Shown piece by piece: positions 55,022 through 63,965 of a stretch of 64,000 bases of DNA. Source of the DNA: a virus (taxonomy: Duplodnaviria; Heunggongvirae; Uroviricota; Caudoviricetes); the IMG/VR virus record IMGVR_UViG_3300037261_000110; one strand, 5' to 3'. Positions within the stretch are counted from its first letter, which is position 1. Each line of letters starts with the position of its first letter. The notes below the pieces were generated by a model. The model saw only the letters and a list, made by a program, of their open reading frames with translations. It was not told where the DNA came from and did not search any database. The translations under genes were made by a program, and so were the position numbers.

Positions 55022-57515
55022 GTAACTCTCTGCCCACTTCGTATTCGAACTCGCCCATGGTATAGGAAGGCGGCATATCCCAGGCCAGAAAGCCAAAGCG
55101 ACCCGGCGGCTCATGACGATACTTCACCGTTCCGTGAAGAATGCGGGCGTCAAGCCGGTATAAGGTTCCGACCGGGAAATCACAGGCGCCGCAGCTGTCG
55201 AACATGAACAGATAGTCAATATCGTTTCTGAGGACCACGCCGTAAGTCAGAAGATCATCTTCCGTAGGATCGATGTGAAACTCGACCGGACCATCCGAAA
55301 TCCAGATATCGTTGTCCATCTGCGTCACCGGGTCGCCGATTGGAAAACTACCTACCAGATCAAAGAGCGGGCGCGGGACGTGAATGGCGCGTTCAAACAC
55401 TGTTATCATTGCACTCACCAACGGATATCCGACGAAAGTACGTCGCGCTCGACAGTCTTCCATCTATCACTGATCTGCCCGCTGGCAATCGCCACGCCTT
55501 TTGCATCGCGGCGATTGACAAAGCGTCCTAGAGATGTAACAAAACCTTCGACATCCCCAGGTTTGGCGATTGAATGATCATGAAGTTCTGGATTGAGCGC
55601 CTGACGAAGCTCATAATGCGATCTGAAGCCACGACTGATCACTTCGTGATCGCGAATAATTGCTACCGCTACTATACACTCCATGTCTTCCTCCAAAATT
55701 TACGCTCTTCATCGTTGTCCTGCCCTAGAAAAGTGCAAAGCATCTGATCCAAGCGCTGCACTCGCATTTCCTTCAGGTTGGCAATCTCGATCAAATTTGG
55801 GATCAGGATCATCGTGCCACGCCAGCGCTCCCATGTGTTCGACTTGCACATTGGCGATAGGATCGTGCCGGCGATCGTCGACCGACCATCGTCGCGGCTG
55901 CAAGCAATCGCTCCAAAAGGTGCTTGAACGGCGCGGTCGCCCCACAGCTCTCCGAGCACGCTCATTTCAGTTTCTCGACGTTGAAGCTATCCAAGGTTTT
56001 CAACGGAATGAACATCTGGTCGCTCGGATTCGGCCCCCACCGAACGAACGCAGTGATGTGACTAAGCCCAATCACTTCCGCGTCGTGGTGAGGACCGCCG
56101 GGCGGCTCCTGGAAGCGAATCTTGTCGTGCAGCTGAAGATCATCAGGTTTCATCGAAATCCTCCATGATAGGGGCACGGTGCTCCAATGCCCCAAGGTAC
56201 CAATATGAAGTCAGCCATTCCCAACTGTTGCTGATGGCAGGATTGAGCCTTCATGACGTAGAAGAAGGTTCCGTCAGTCGAGCATCGCGCCAGTTCCTGT
56301 GCCTTCCTGGTAGCCGCTTTCCTGGTCTTGAACTTAGCCGCGTTTCCGATAATCGGATCAGACGGACATGCAGTGCGCTCCGTGAAGACAGTATTGGTTA
56401 TTGGATTCCAGACGATCCAAAAAGGTGCTTCGGCTGTCATATGATGATCCCCAATATCAGCCCGATCTTTCGAGCGGTTTCGAACTCCATGCGACGAACG
56501 TTGATGGTGCTGGGCAGATTGCGCTGTGCTAAAGCTGTCGCGATACGACCTCTACTGAGAGTGACCGCTTCACGCACTTGATTTAGCAAGGTATCGCCTT
56601 GCATCAAATCAACGATCTCTTTGTCTGTGTAACTGGTGAAATCACGGCAACGCTTCTCTTCCAAATCAAGCAGCTCTTGCTCTATTTCTTCTTGGAATGC
56701 AATTTCCGACCATTTTTGTATAAGCTGTAAGCTATTAACATCGGCAGGTTTTATAAGGCATATCTTATTACCATCATACCCTACTGTTTCCTCTGTAAAC
56801 CTGAAATGCACCACGTCGTGATTGAACTCAACGGCTGCATCCGGGTTTGCCAATATAGGAACGGCCTGCGGCAGCATGATCGCAATTATCGGAGATGCGT
56901 CCGGTCGATAGGTGATCCATTCCTTTGCATGGTGAACCAGCATCTCCTCATAGCGCCTGACAAAGCGCCTTGGCAGCTGCTTAGAAAAGTGGATTTCCGT
57001 CATCGTCAAAACCATTGCTCAAGTTGTTGTCTCTTTCCATTGCTTCTCTGATCCCGCAATCACATGCCTCGCCACAGTAAGCGAGGCACATTTTTTCCGG
57101 ACGCGGAGCACGCTCGAAAAGCTTGTCGAGCAAATCAGCCGGTGATCCTGGAATGTTCTGTATGTTTGGACCACTTTTCCTTTCCAGCCGACCTGTTACG
57201 GTTTCAAGCGGCTTGTCTTTGTTCGGCACGACGTTCAAGCTCCTTCTGACGTGCAACAGAGTGCATATAGAGATGCCGACGCTGTTCGGGAACCCTGACA
57301 GGTGCGATGGCGGCTCGACGAAGCAGACGCAGCGCCCGACGCTCGGGGCTCGACACCGCTAGACGGCGACCAGGACCCTTCTTGGTGAAGCTCAGACTGA
57401 AGTTGTCCTTCTTTTTTGCCGGCGGCTCAGCCTGATCGAACAACAGCGGGTCTTCGCCTTCAGGAAATGGCGTGCGGAACTCGTCAACTTCAATTTCCGT
57501 GTTCATTGTCGTCAT
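55002..57515 (-). CDS. Run of coupled hypothetical ORFs (55002-55463, 55415-55696, 55672-55965, 55962-56195, 56150-56440, 56437-57015, 56981-57256, 57204-57515)
   Basis: Same-strand, overlapping start/stop codons; no recognisable families; some starts uncertain. Confidence 0.5.
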
Positions 57516-57744
57516 ACCTCTCTATACGGTACCTGATACCGTTTCTCTCAACCCGAAGATGGGTGACATCTTCGTCAAGCTCGATTTCCTCAGCTTCACG
57601 AAGCCGCTTAACAAGGCTCTCGAAAGAGATGAAGCCGTAGTCACCGCTCGGTGAATTTTCCTCAACCACTTTGTGATTAAGTAAATCGTAGAGCATCACC
57701 TGCTTAGCTCTCACGAGCGGCTTGACTTCGACGACCGTTGTCAT
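57490..57744 (-). CDS. Hypothetical protein, tandem paralog A
   Basis: YDL..HKVVEE...G..GFISFE.LV..LR motif. Confidence 0.7.
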   Translation of the reverse strand: MTTVVEVKPLVRAKQVMLYDLLNHKVVEENSPSGDYGFISFESLVKRLREAEEIELDEDVTHLRVERNGIRYRIERYDDNEHGN

Positions 57745-57932
57745 TTTCGCTCCAAGCGGAAGGTGATTCCGCGTTTGTCAATTTCAAAAAATGTAACGAC
57801 TTCATCGTCGTGAAACTCACGAGCCACACGAAGCTGTTCGACAAGCCGCTCGAAAGAGATGAAGCCGCTGAGTCCGCTCCGACTCTCTTCGACCACTTTG
57901 TGATGGATAAGATCGTAGATCATGGTGTCCAC
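57741..57932 (-). CDS. Hypothetical protein, tandem paralog B
   Basis: Same motif as 57490..57744. Confidence 0.7.
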   Translation of the reverse strand: MDTMIYDLIHHKVVEESRSGLSGFISFERLVEQLRVAREFHDDEVVTFFEIDKRGITFRLERK

Positions 57933-58244
57933 TTTTCTTTAGCAAGGATCGCCGTAAGGACGACACTCGAAAAACCTTCGACACTCGACTGAAGCCACGT
58001 AACCGAAACTTGATTGGTTTCCTTCTGAAGTGCATCAATGCGTTGATTAACACGCTTGCGGAATTTTGCTATATCATCCTTAGCAACGTCGCTGCCACTT
58101 GTCATGAGACGTGCAGTGAGGATATCGAGAATCATCATGCTGGACTCCAATGATCAGGCGTGCTGCCGCCTCCTCCTCTAAAGATGATCGCGAACAGTGC
58201 CGCTGCAACGATGACGCAAGTCAGTGCTCCGAGATCATACCACA

Positions 58245-58727
58245 TTACGCCGCTACCGGTACCGTCACCGGCTCGCCATGCAATAAATCGTGATAGTAGT
58301 GGCGGCTGGAAAAGATGCGGCGATATTCGACTGGAATGCCTTGCTCATGAGCGCGCTTGATCCCATATTCCATTCCTCTCGATATGCCGCGATCGACGTA
58401 AACAACGCTGGCGTCCGCCACGTCGCGCCATGCGAGGCCGGCGTCGATCCCGAGCTGGCGTTCTGTCGGGATCGTGTCGTCCAGAATGCCCGGTTGGGTG
58501 TAAAGGATATGACTCGCAATCGGCGCTTCTCCCCTCAAAAGGGAGTCACGCACGGCATCGCGTGCATATTCGACGTTGGCTTCGATCGTCGCTGCGTCGC
58601 CCGCGTATGGCGATTCGACAATGACGAGACGCTTGTTGGTGAGAGTTGACGGAATATTGACCATATTTCCGAGTACGAGATTGCCAGCGTGAAGATCGCC
58701 GCCTACATTGAGTTCCATCAGATTCAC
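58245..58727 (-). CDS. Nucleoside deoxyribosyltransferase-like protein
   Basis: VIVESPYAG...GEAP.ASH.LYTQ...ER..GI.AG.AW...YVDRGIS.GM. Confidence 0.65.
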   Translation of the reverse strand: MNLMELNVGGDLHAGNLVLGNMVNIPSTLTNKRLVIVESPYAGDAATIEANVEYARDAVRDSLLRGEAPIASHILYTQPGILDDTIPTERQLGIDAGLAWRDVADASVVYVDRGISRGMEYGIKRAHEQGIPVEYRRIFSSRHYYHDLLHGEPVTVPVAA

Positions 58728-58775
58728 TGCCTGTTAACCACGAATGACTTGCCTTTCATTGACACAGATCGGAGC

Positions 58776-58828
58776 GAATGTCAACTATATTCTGAAACCT
58801 TGACAAACTCGGAAATTTGCGCTACCTA
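58776..58828. promoter_or_regulatory. Divergent promoter region
   Basis: + strand TTGACA (58800)-N17-TACCTA; oppositely oriented TTGACA on the - strand. Confidence 0.5.
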
Positions 58829-58858
58829 GTAAAAAGCAGAAGCAAATTGGAGGCTCAA

Positions 58859-60669
58859 ATGGACGACAGTGAAGGACCTGATCCGGCGGTAGACGCGATC
58901 AAGCTATTGAACGATCGTGGATATTTCATCACCAAGCGTGAGAATCGCTACGATCGTCACGATATGGTCAAGCGCTGCGGCATGCTCCGTGCCGGTGCGC
59001 TACTGATCGCCGGCTACAAAGTTCGCGATCCAGAGACCGGTGAATGGAGTAAGCTTCAAATTCACATGACCTATGACAACACTGTCATGGCTGTCATGGA
59101 AGAAGAAAGCGCCAAGCTGTTCGCCCGCTTCGTCAGTGACAACATAATGCCAACCGAGCGCGAACTGAAAGCAGCAAGAATCAAGGCAGCGAGAGACCTG
59201 CGTGATTGGTTCCGCGCTTTTCCTCTTAACCCTGGCGACGGACATGCCAAGATTCTAGCAGACATGCTGGAAGCCTGTCTCCAAAATCCAGTGGTGCTCT
59301 GATGTGGCGCTGTGAATATGTCGGCGAAGACCCGCTTCTGTTCGGTCGCGAAGGTTGGGCAGATGTCGGCGACAGTGACGAAACGGTCAGAGTCAAGTTC
59401 GATGGCGAGACCGAATGGGGGATTTTTCAGCGCAGCGAGATCGACGACATCGAGCACGGCAGATAATGGACCCGTTTCGTGAAATCTACGATCTTCTCTC
59501 CGGTCGTGCCATGCGCGCGCCGCAAATCGATCTCGATCGCAGCTACATTCCTTACTTCAAGGATCAAAACGAAAAGATCAAGGAGCTGACGCGCGCGTTC
59601 GTCCTTGGCGTCGAGTGCAACGGCTGCATGGCGTCTGATCACGTCATCAAGTGGATCGGACAGGTGATCGGCTTTGGGGAAATGCCGAACAACCACGGCA
59701 CCTATGCAGAAATACGCATTCTGAAGAAAGATGCCAGCGGCGACATTCGCGACGAAGATATCGGTCGACTCTTCGAAGCTGTTGCCGACAGTAGTCTTCA
59801 GTTCATCGTACCTGGATTGTTCATAAGGTATTACTGATGTACGGCATCTTTTGGTTTTTCTTCGCATGACAACCAACAAGGAACAGTTATTCCGTCGCAT
59901 GCAAAGTGCGTACGAGTACCAGGAAAGCTACCACCTGGATAGTTTAGAGGTTGGAATCGTAAAGTGGGCGCTCCACGATTCGATCGAGCTTGACGAACTG
60001 AAGAAGCAACGTGACGAAGCAGCTCAAATCGAGCGTGACAAGAAAGCGATGGGATAAAATGACACACAATGGAGTAAAAAAAGTCGCGGCAGTAGAAGCA
60101 CGCGACATGGTAAAGCAGGCTGGCGAAATCCGCTTGAAGAAAGAAGAAGCCGCCAGAGTGCTACAGGAGAGAACCGAGCGCATGCAAGCCAAGCGTTTCT
60201 ACGAGCATGAGCTACCCAAGCTGATCCGCAAGGAAGCTGCTCTTGAACAAACGGCGATCGTCCTTCCGATCCCCGACGACTCGGACTTCTACTGCGAAGA
60301 ACTATCCAGGCTAGCGGAGATGGACGGTTTTCAAACCAACCGCCTTGTCGAGAAGCATTGCCTTGCACTACAGATCGGCTGGTACGAGTGATGGCAGAAC
60401 CACACGAAAATATTTGGATCGATAGTGAGCACTACGCACAGCTGGAAGGCGCGCGCTGGCATGTCTATGACAGCGCACGCAGAGGACTGTTCGCTATCGA
60501 TTCAAAGGACCTACCTTCCTACAAGGGAGATATCCTCGCGCCAATCTTTCGCCATTGTCTTGGCGTCTATGCCGTTGGTGTAAGAGACGGCAAGCGCGAA
60601 GGCGAGCTGAGCGCAAAGAAGCGCATGTGCGAGGCGATCGGCGCCGCACTTGCAGCGGGAGCGCAGTGA
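58859..60669 (+). CDS. Run of hypothetical ORFs (58859-59302, ~59415-59837, 59851-60057, 60011-60391, ~60391-60669)
   Basis: Same-strand ORFs with RBS and overlaps. Confidence 0.5.
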
Positions 60670-61040
60670 TGACAAACCTTTTCCAATCCGGGATGTTCAA
60701 GCTAGCATCTGGCACCGTGTCTCGGTTCAAGATCGAATGCGACGCCTTGACACCGAACGATTGGGAAGCGCTCGCCGAGCAAATTGCCAATCGCTGCGAA
60801 GAGTTCGGCGCCGTGCTTGGCGTCCCGACCGGCGGAGAGCCACTGGCGGAAGCTCTGAAGGGGTACAGGTCGCGTGGCGCGCTGTTGGTGGTAGACGACG
60901 TGCTGACGACCGGCGACAGCATCCTAGCCACGCTCAGACACCACAGGAACTATCTTGGCGGCGTCACCGGATGGGTTGTATTCGCCCGTGGACCTTGCCC
61001 TGCCGGCGTCCATGCTCTATTCCAGATGGCGCCGATCTGA
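60669..61040 (+). CDS. Phosphoribosyltransferase (orotate PRTase-like)
   Basis: FKLASG...FKIEC, GVPTGG, LLVVDDVLTTGDS PRPP-binding motif. Confidence 0.75.
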   Translation: MTNLFQSGMFKLASGTVSRFKIECDALTPNDWEALAEQIANRCEEFGAVLGVPTGGEPLAEALKGYRSRGALLVVDDVLTTGDSILATLRHHRNYLGGVTGWVVFARGPCPAGVHALFQMAPI

Positions 61041-61258
61041 TGTACCTCGAAGACGCTCTGCGCCACCTACGCGCCCACGAAGGCGACTACGCCCGTCGAT
61101 GGGCCTGGAAGCCGCTCACCTACGTTTTTTTCTATCCAGGCGACGAGCACCTTCTGTCGTTTCTCGCGGTCTCAACTCCGCAAGGGACCGCACCGTGGAC
61201 ACCGACGCGCTGCGATATGATGACAGCTGATTGGTATGTGAGAGAGAAGAGTAAATGA
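61040..61258 (+). CDS. Tad2-like (DUF2829 / Thoeris anti-defence 2 family) protein
   Basis: EDAL..L.......RR..W...Y......W.PT..DM...DW pattern, 72 aa. Confidence 0.6.
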   Translation: MYLEDALRHLRAHEGDYARRWAWKPLTYVFFYPGDEHLLSFLAVSTPQGTAPWTPTRCDMMTADWYVREKSK

Positions 61259-61324
61259 AAAAGCCTTATAATCCGGTTCACAAGCAGCCGTGGTATAAGC
61301 CTACTGCGGAAGATCATAAGCGCA

Positions 61325-61573
61325 TTGCCAAGGCTCAAGCGAAAAGAGCAAGGAAGGCGGCGCGTGACTGACCATCCAGGCGATCCGGCGAAAAAAACTC
61401 CCCTGTGCCTAGCAAAACAAGGCACCAACATTCCTGATCCGCACAATCCAGGTCACGTGCTTTGGTGGGAGTGTTTGAATCTAAAGGAAGTCGGCGGCGG
61501 GTTCGAAGGCGAGCGGTATCGCTGCGACGTTTGCGGCGAGAGCTACTTTCTCGATTATGAGGATATGAAGTAA
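61325..61573 (+). CDS. Small zinc-finger protein
   Basis: RYRCDVCG; start uncertain. Confidence 0.5.
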   Translation: MPRLKRKEQGRRRVTDHPGDPAKKTPLCLAKQGTNIPDPHNPGHVLWWECLNLKEVGGGFEGERYRCDVCGESYFLDYEDMK

Positions 61574-61579
61574 AAGTAA

Positions 61580-61957
61580 ATGCTAGATTGTCTTATCGTC
61601 GGAGATAGCATTGCCTTCGGTGTCGGCTCGGCGATGCACGAATGTCAGACCAACGCGAAGGTTGGCATTCCTTCCGCCGCCGTTGTCGATCGAGCTGCGC
61701 CGGCAAAGGTCATGGTGGTGTCAGCGGGATCGAACGACCCGCGCAATCCGAATCTGAGGACCAACCTCGAAGCGATACGGTCGAAAACTCCTGGCAAGGT
61801 GATCTGGATACAGCCGCAGGACGCGACCGCGCGCGCGATCGTCATCAGCGTCGCCACAAGGCACGAAGACGCGACTGTGGGGTTCGTCGCCGGCAGCGAT
61901 CACGTCCATCCAAAGTCGTACGAGGAGCTGGCAGCTTCAATTCGCCGGCTGAAATAA
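61580..61957 (+). CDS. SGNH/GDSL hydrolase-like protein
   Basis: IVGDSIA, SAGSND, D.VHP. Confidence 0.7.
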   Translation: MLDCLIVGDSIAFGVGSAMHECQTNAKVGIPSAAVVDRAAPAKVMVVSAGSNDPRNPNLRTNLEAIRSKTPGKVIWIQPQDATARAIVISVATRHEDATVGFVAGSDHVHPKSYEELAASIRRLK

Positions 61958-61990
61958 AACCAAAGCGCCCGCCGAGGGACGAGCGCTTTG
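61953..61990 (-). terminator. Terminator (T-tail on the - strand)
   Basis: CAAAGCGC/GCGCTTTG stem followed by GTTTTATTT on the - strand. Confidence 0.6.
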
Positions 61991-62023
61991 TGCCAAACCG
62001 GTAGTGTGGAGAAGATATGTGAA

Positions 62024-62134
62024 CCGTAAGCCCTCAAACAACCAAGGACACTTCAGGTTAGCAGCACGGTTCCACGCGCTTTTCGCTTCCAGTTTCCTGG
62101 TTGCTTAGCTGACCCTACACCTTGCACTCGCCAT
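62024..62134 (-). ncRNA. Structured RNA motif, copy B (unidentified)
   Basis: Aligns block-for-block with copy A; compensatory stem changes; GAAA tetraloop. Confidence 0.7.
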
Positions 62135-62203
62135 CCCGCGTACGCCCGTGAGGGTAGTACATTGCTTTCGGAAAGGTCTATGCTAGTTCGTCAAATTTCT
62201 GCT

Positions 62204-62313
62204 CCGTAAGCTAGCAAGCAACCGCTAACACTTCAGACAGTCGGCACGGAGCCACGCGGAGTTAATCTACGTTACCGCAGACCCTAGACTGTCCTACTTC
62301 CAGCACTCGCCAT
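62204..62313 (-). ncRNA. Structured RNA motif, copy A (unidentified)
   Basis: ATGGCGAGTGC...GTAGG-stem...CGCGTGGnnCCGTG..stem-CTGAAGTGT..GGTTGYTT..GCTTACGG; GTAA tetraloop. Confidence 0.7.
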
Positions 62314-62397
62314 TTCAGGAACACCATTTCTGGCTTTCATTGCTTCTGATAAGGTCTGTGCTAATTCAAGTCCGCCGCCTCTCTGTTTCGATGTCCC

Positions 62398-62425
62398 AAG
62401 CTACCACACCCCAAACGCCTGTCAA
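62398..62425 (-). promoter_or_regulatory. Promoter for the non-coding unit
   Basis: TTGACA-N16-TAGCTT. Confidence 0.55.
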
Positions 62426-62631
62426 CAGAAAAAGCGAGAAAAAAGTGAGAAAAAAAATTAGCCAGCTAATTCAGCACGATAGCGTAGGCAGGCTCGCGGA
62501 GATGCAGCGCGACGGCAGGCTCGTCGACCTGTTTTTTGGTGCCGGCGTGACCATCTTCTGCGTCTGCGGATGGGCGGCTTTGTGCGTTTTCTTCGTCCAT
62601 ATGAGCCACGTAGCAGCGATCGGAGTTTCAC

Positions 62632-63259
62632 ATGCCGGACTATGACGAAGACCTAAGATCGAGGCTCGCTCCTACTTTATCTGCATGGCGTGATGCGTCT
62701 GTCGTCGGCTCGAATTTCGAGCAACAGATAGAGCTGAGCACCGGTAGATGGCGCCACCGCCCGCGCATGACGTTTGCCATGCCTGGATGGGAACCGTTCC
62801 ATGAATCAATCCACCAGCACCCCGACGACGGTTGGCGTTATGGACCAGCACCAAAGTGACGACGAGCTTGTCGAGCTGTTAGCTCGTACAATCTCGCCGT
62901 ACGGCTGGCGTGACGAATGGTGGAGCACGCCATCGCGCGCCGGGCAGTATCCACGCAATCAGTTGCATGTAAAAGAAAATGCTCGCGCTTGCGCTCGGGA
63001 CGTTATCAAGGTACTATCGGAGCGCGGCATTCTGCCGCTGAAAAGGTAAGCCAAAATGAGCAAGGAATGGAATGGTCACGCCGTGACCGACGTTCGTCCG
63101 GCAGTGAAGGGCGACTCCGGCTTCGATCCCAACAAGAAGCAAGTCGTCGTTGTCCTGCCCAACGGCGCGAACAAGACCGTCCTGGAGTCCGAGGTCACGG
63201 ACAAGGTTGACGACAAGCCAGCAGCCGCTGGCAAGGAGGGTGCAGCCAAAACGATGTAG
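62632..63259 (+). CDS. Three small hypothetical ORFs (62632-62859, ~62821-63049, 63056-63259)
   Basis: Coupled + strand ORFs ending at a terminator. Confidence 0.5.
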
Positions 63260-63265
63260 TCTAAC

Positions 63266-63310
63266 ATACAAACGCCCGCCCTATGAGTGTTGGCGGGCGG
63301 GCGTTTGTAT
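63266..63310. terminator. Bidirectional terminator between convergent units
   Basis: 15-bp inverted repeat ATACAAACGCCCGCC / GGCGGGCGTTTGTAT. Confidence 0.8.
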
Positions 63311-63315
63311 AGAAA

Positions 63316-63389
63316 TGGCGAGAGTTGCAGGAATCAAACCTACGTGGGCGGTTTTGGAGACCGCTAGTCTATCACTGACCTAAACTCCC
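63316..63389 (-). tRNA. tRNA-Trp(CCA)
   Basis: GGGAGTT/AACTCTC acceptor, GCGGT-CTCCAAA-ACCGC, encoded CCA. Confidence 0.9.
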
Positions 63390-63416
63390 AAGTGTTGATT
63401 GTCCAGATTCAGTAAA

Positions 63417-63492
63417 TGGTACCGCCTGTAGGTATCGAACCTAGCTATTCCGGGGCCACAACCCGACGTGTATCCATAAACACTTAGGCGGC
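63417..63492 (-). tRNA. tRNA-His(GTG), alphaproteobacterial type
   Basis: Loop TTGTGGC; G1:U72, A73, no G-1 encoded; encoded CCA. Confidence 0.9.
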
Positions 63493-63498
63493 ATGAAT

Positions 63499-63576
63499 TG
63501 GTCGCGGAAGGTAGGATCGAACTACCGGCTGACGGTGCTTATGAGACACCCGCTCTACCGACTGAGCTATTCCGCG
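63499..63576 (-). tRNA. tRNA-CAT (elongator Met or Ile2)
   Basis: CGCGGAA/TTCCGCG (C1:G72, so not initiator), loop CTCATAA, 7-nt variable region. Confidence 0.85.
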
Positions 63577-63582
63577 TTAAAG

Positions 63583-63654
63583 TGGTAGCGGTCCTCAGTT
63601 TCGATCTGAGCACGAAAAGCTTCAAAGGCTTTTCTACCAGCCATGGCGACCGCA
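63583..63654 (-). tRNA. Atypical tRNA-Gln(TTG) with reduced D-arm
   Basis: AAAAGC-CTTTGAA-GCTTTT; CTCAG-ATCGAAA-CTGAG; U1.U72 mismatch; encoded CCA; 72 nt. Confidence 0.65.
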
Positions 63655-63665
63655 TTATTCGTTTG

Positions 63666-63775
63666 CATTCGACGCCGGCTTACGCTAGCGTCCTTTTGTC
63701 TGTGCCACCGCGTGACCCGTCGCCCACGGTGCTAGGTCTGCCAAGAACCTAGCTTCGTCCTCGCGAGCACAGGCT
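63666..63775 (-). ncRNA. Candidate structured RNA inside the tRNA array
   Basis: CTGTGC/GCACAG closing stem, GCTAGGT/ACCTAGC hairpin, GACGC/GCGTC hairpin with GTAA loop. Confidence 0.45.
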
Positions 63776-63818
63776 TGGGAGAAGTAGCAGCCAGCGAAGT
63801 TCGCTGGCTGTTGCTTTT

Positions 63819-63892
63819 TGGAGCTGTGTACGGGTATCGATCCCGTCTTTTTCGCGTGAGAGGCGAATTTCCTACCAATAGAAGAACACAGC
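63819..63892 (-). tRNA. tRNA-Glu(CTC)
   Basis: GCTGTGT/ACACAGC, TTCGC-CTCTCAC-GCGAA, encoded CCA. Confidence 0.8.
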
Positions 63893-63965
63893 GATAGTAT
63901 GCCAGGGAACAATCGACAGGGCTTCATTTGGCCGAAGTACCCCTAGTCTTCACCACTGGCAGTAT

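Noticed and set aside
62024-62313. Resemblance of GCGTGGAACCGTG to the T-box antiterminator (GGTGGNACCGCG)
   Set aside because: No specifier stem I, no downstream terminator or gene in the right geometry, and T-boxes are not typical of Alphaproteobacteria; kept only as a hint of possible NCCA pairing.
62124-62313. Plus-strand GCACTCGCCA ends suggesting two tRNA genes
   Set aside because: No matching 5' acceptor strand or T-loop on the + strand; G.U pairs and GNRA loops support the - strand.
62340-62502. 5' part of ORF 62340-62645 as protein-coding
   Set aside because: TTG start, A-run-rich promoter region; only the part from ATG ~62503 has an RBS and looks plausible.
63893-63965. Possible degenerate tRNA (TGCCAG/CTGGCA stem, loop containing CCA)
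   Set aside because: No T-arm, no CCA end and an 8-nt loop; too weak to call, although it may be a structured spacer.
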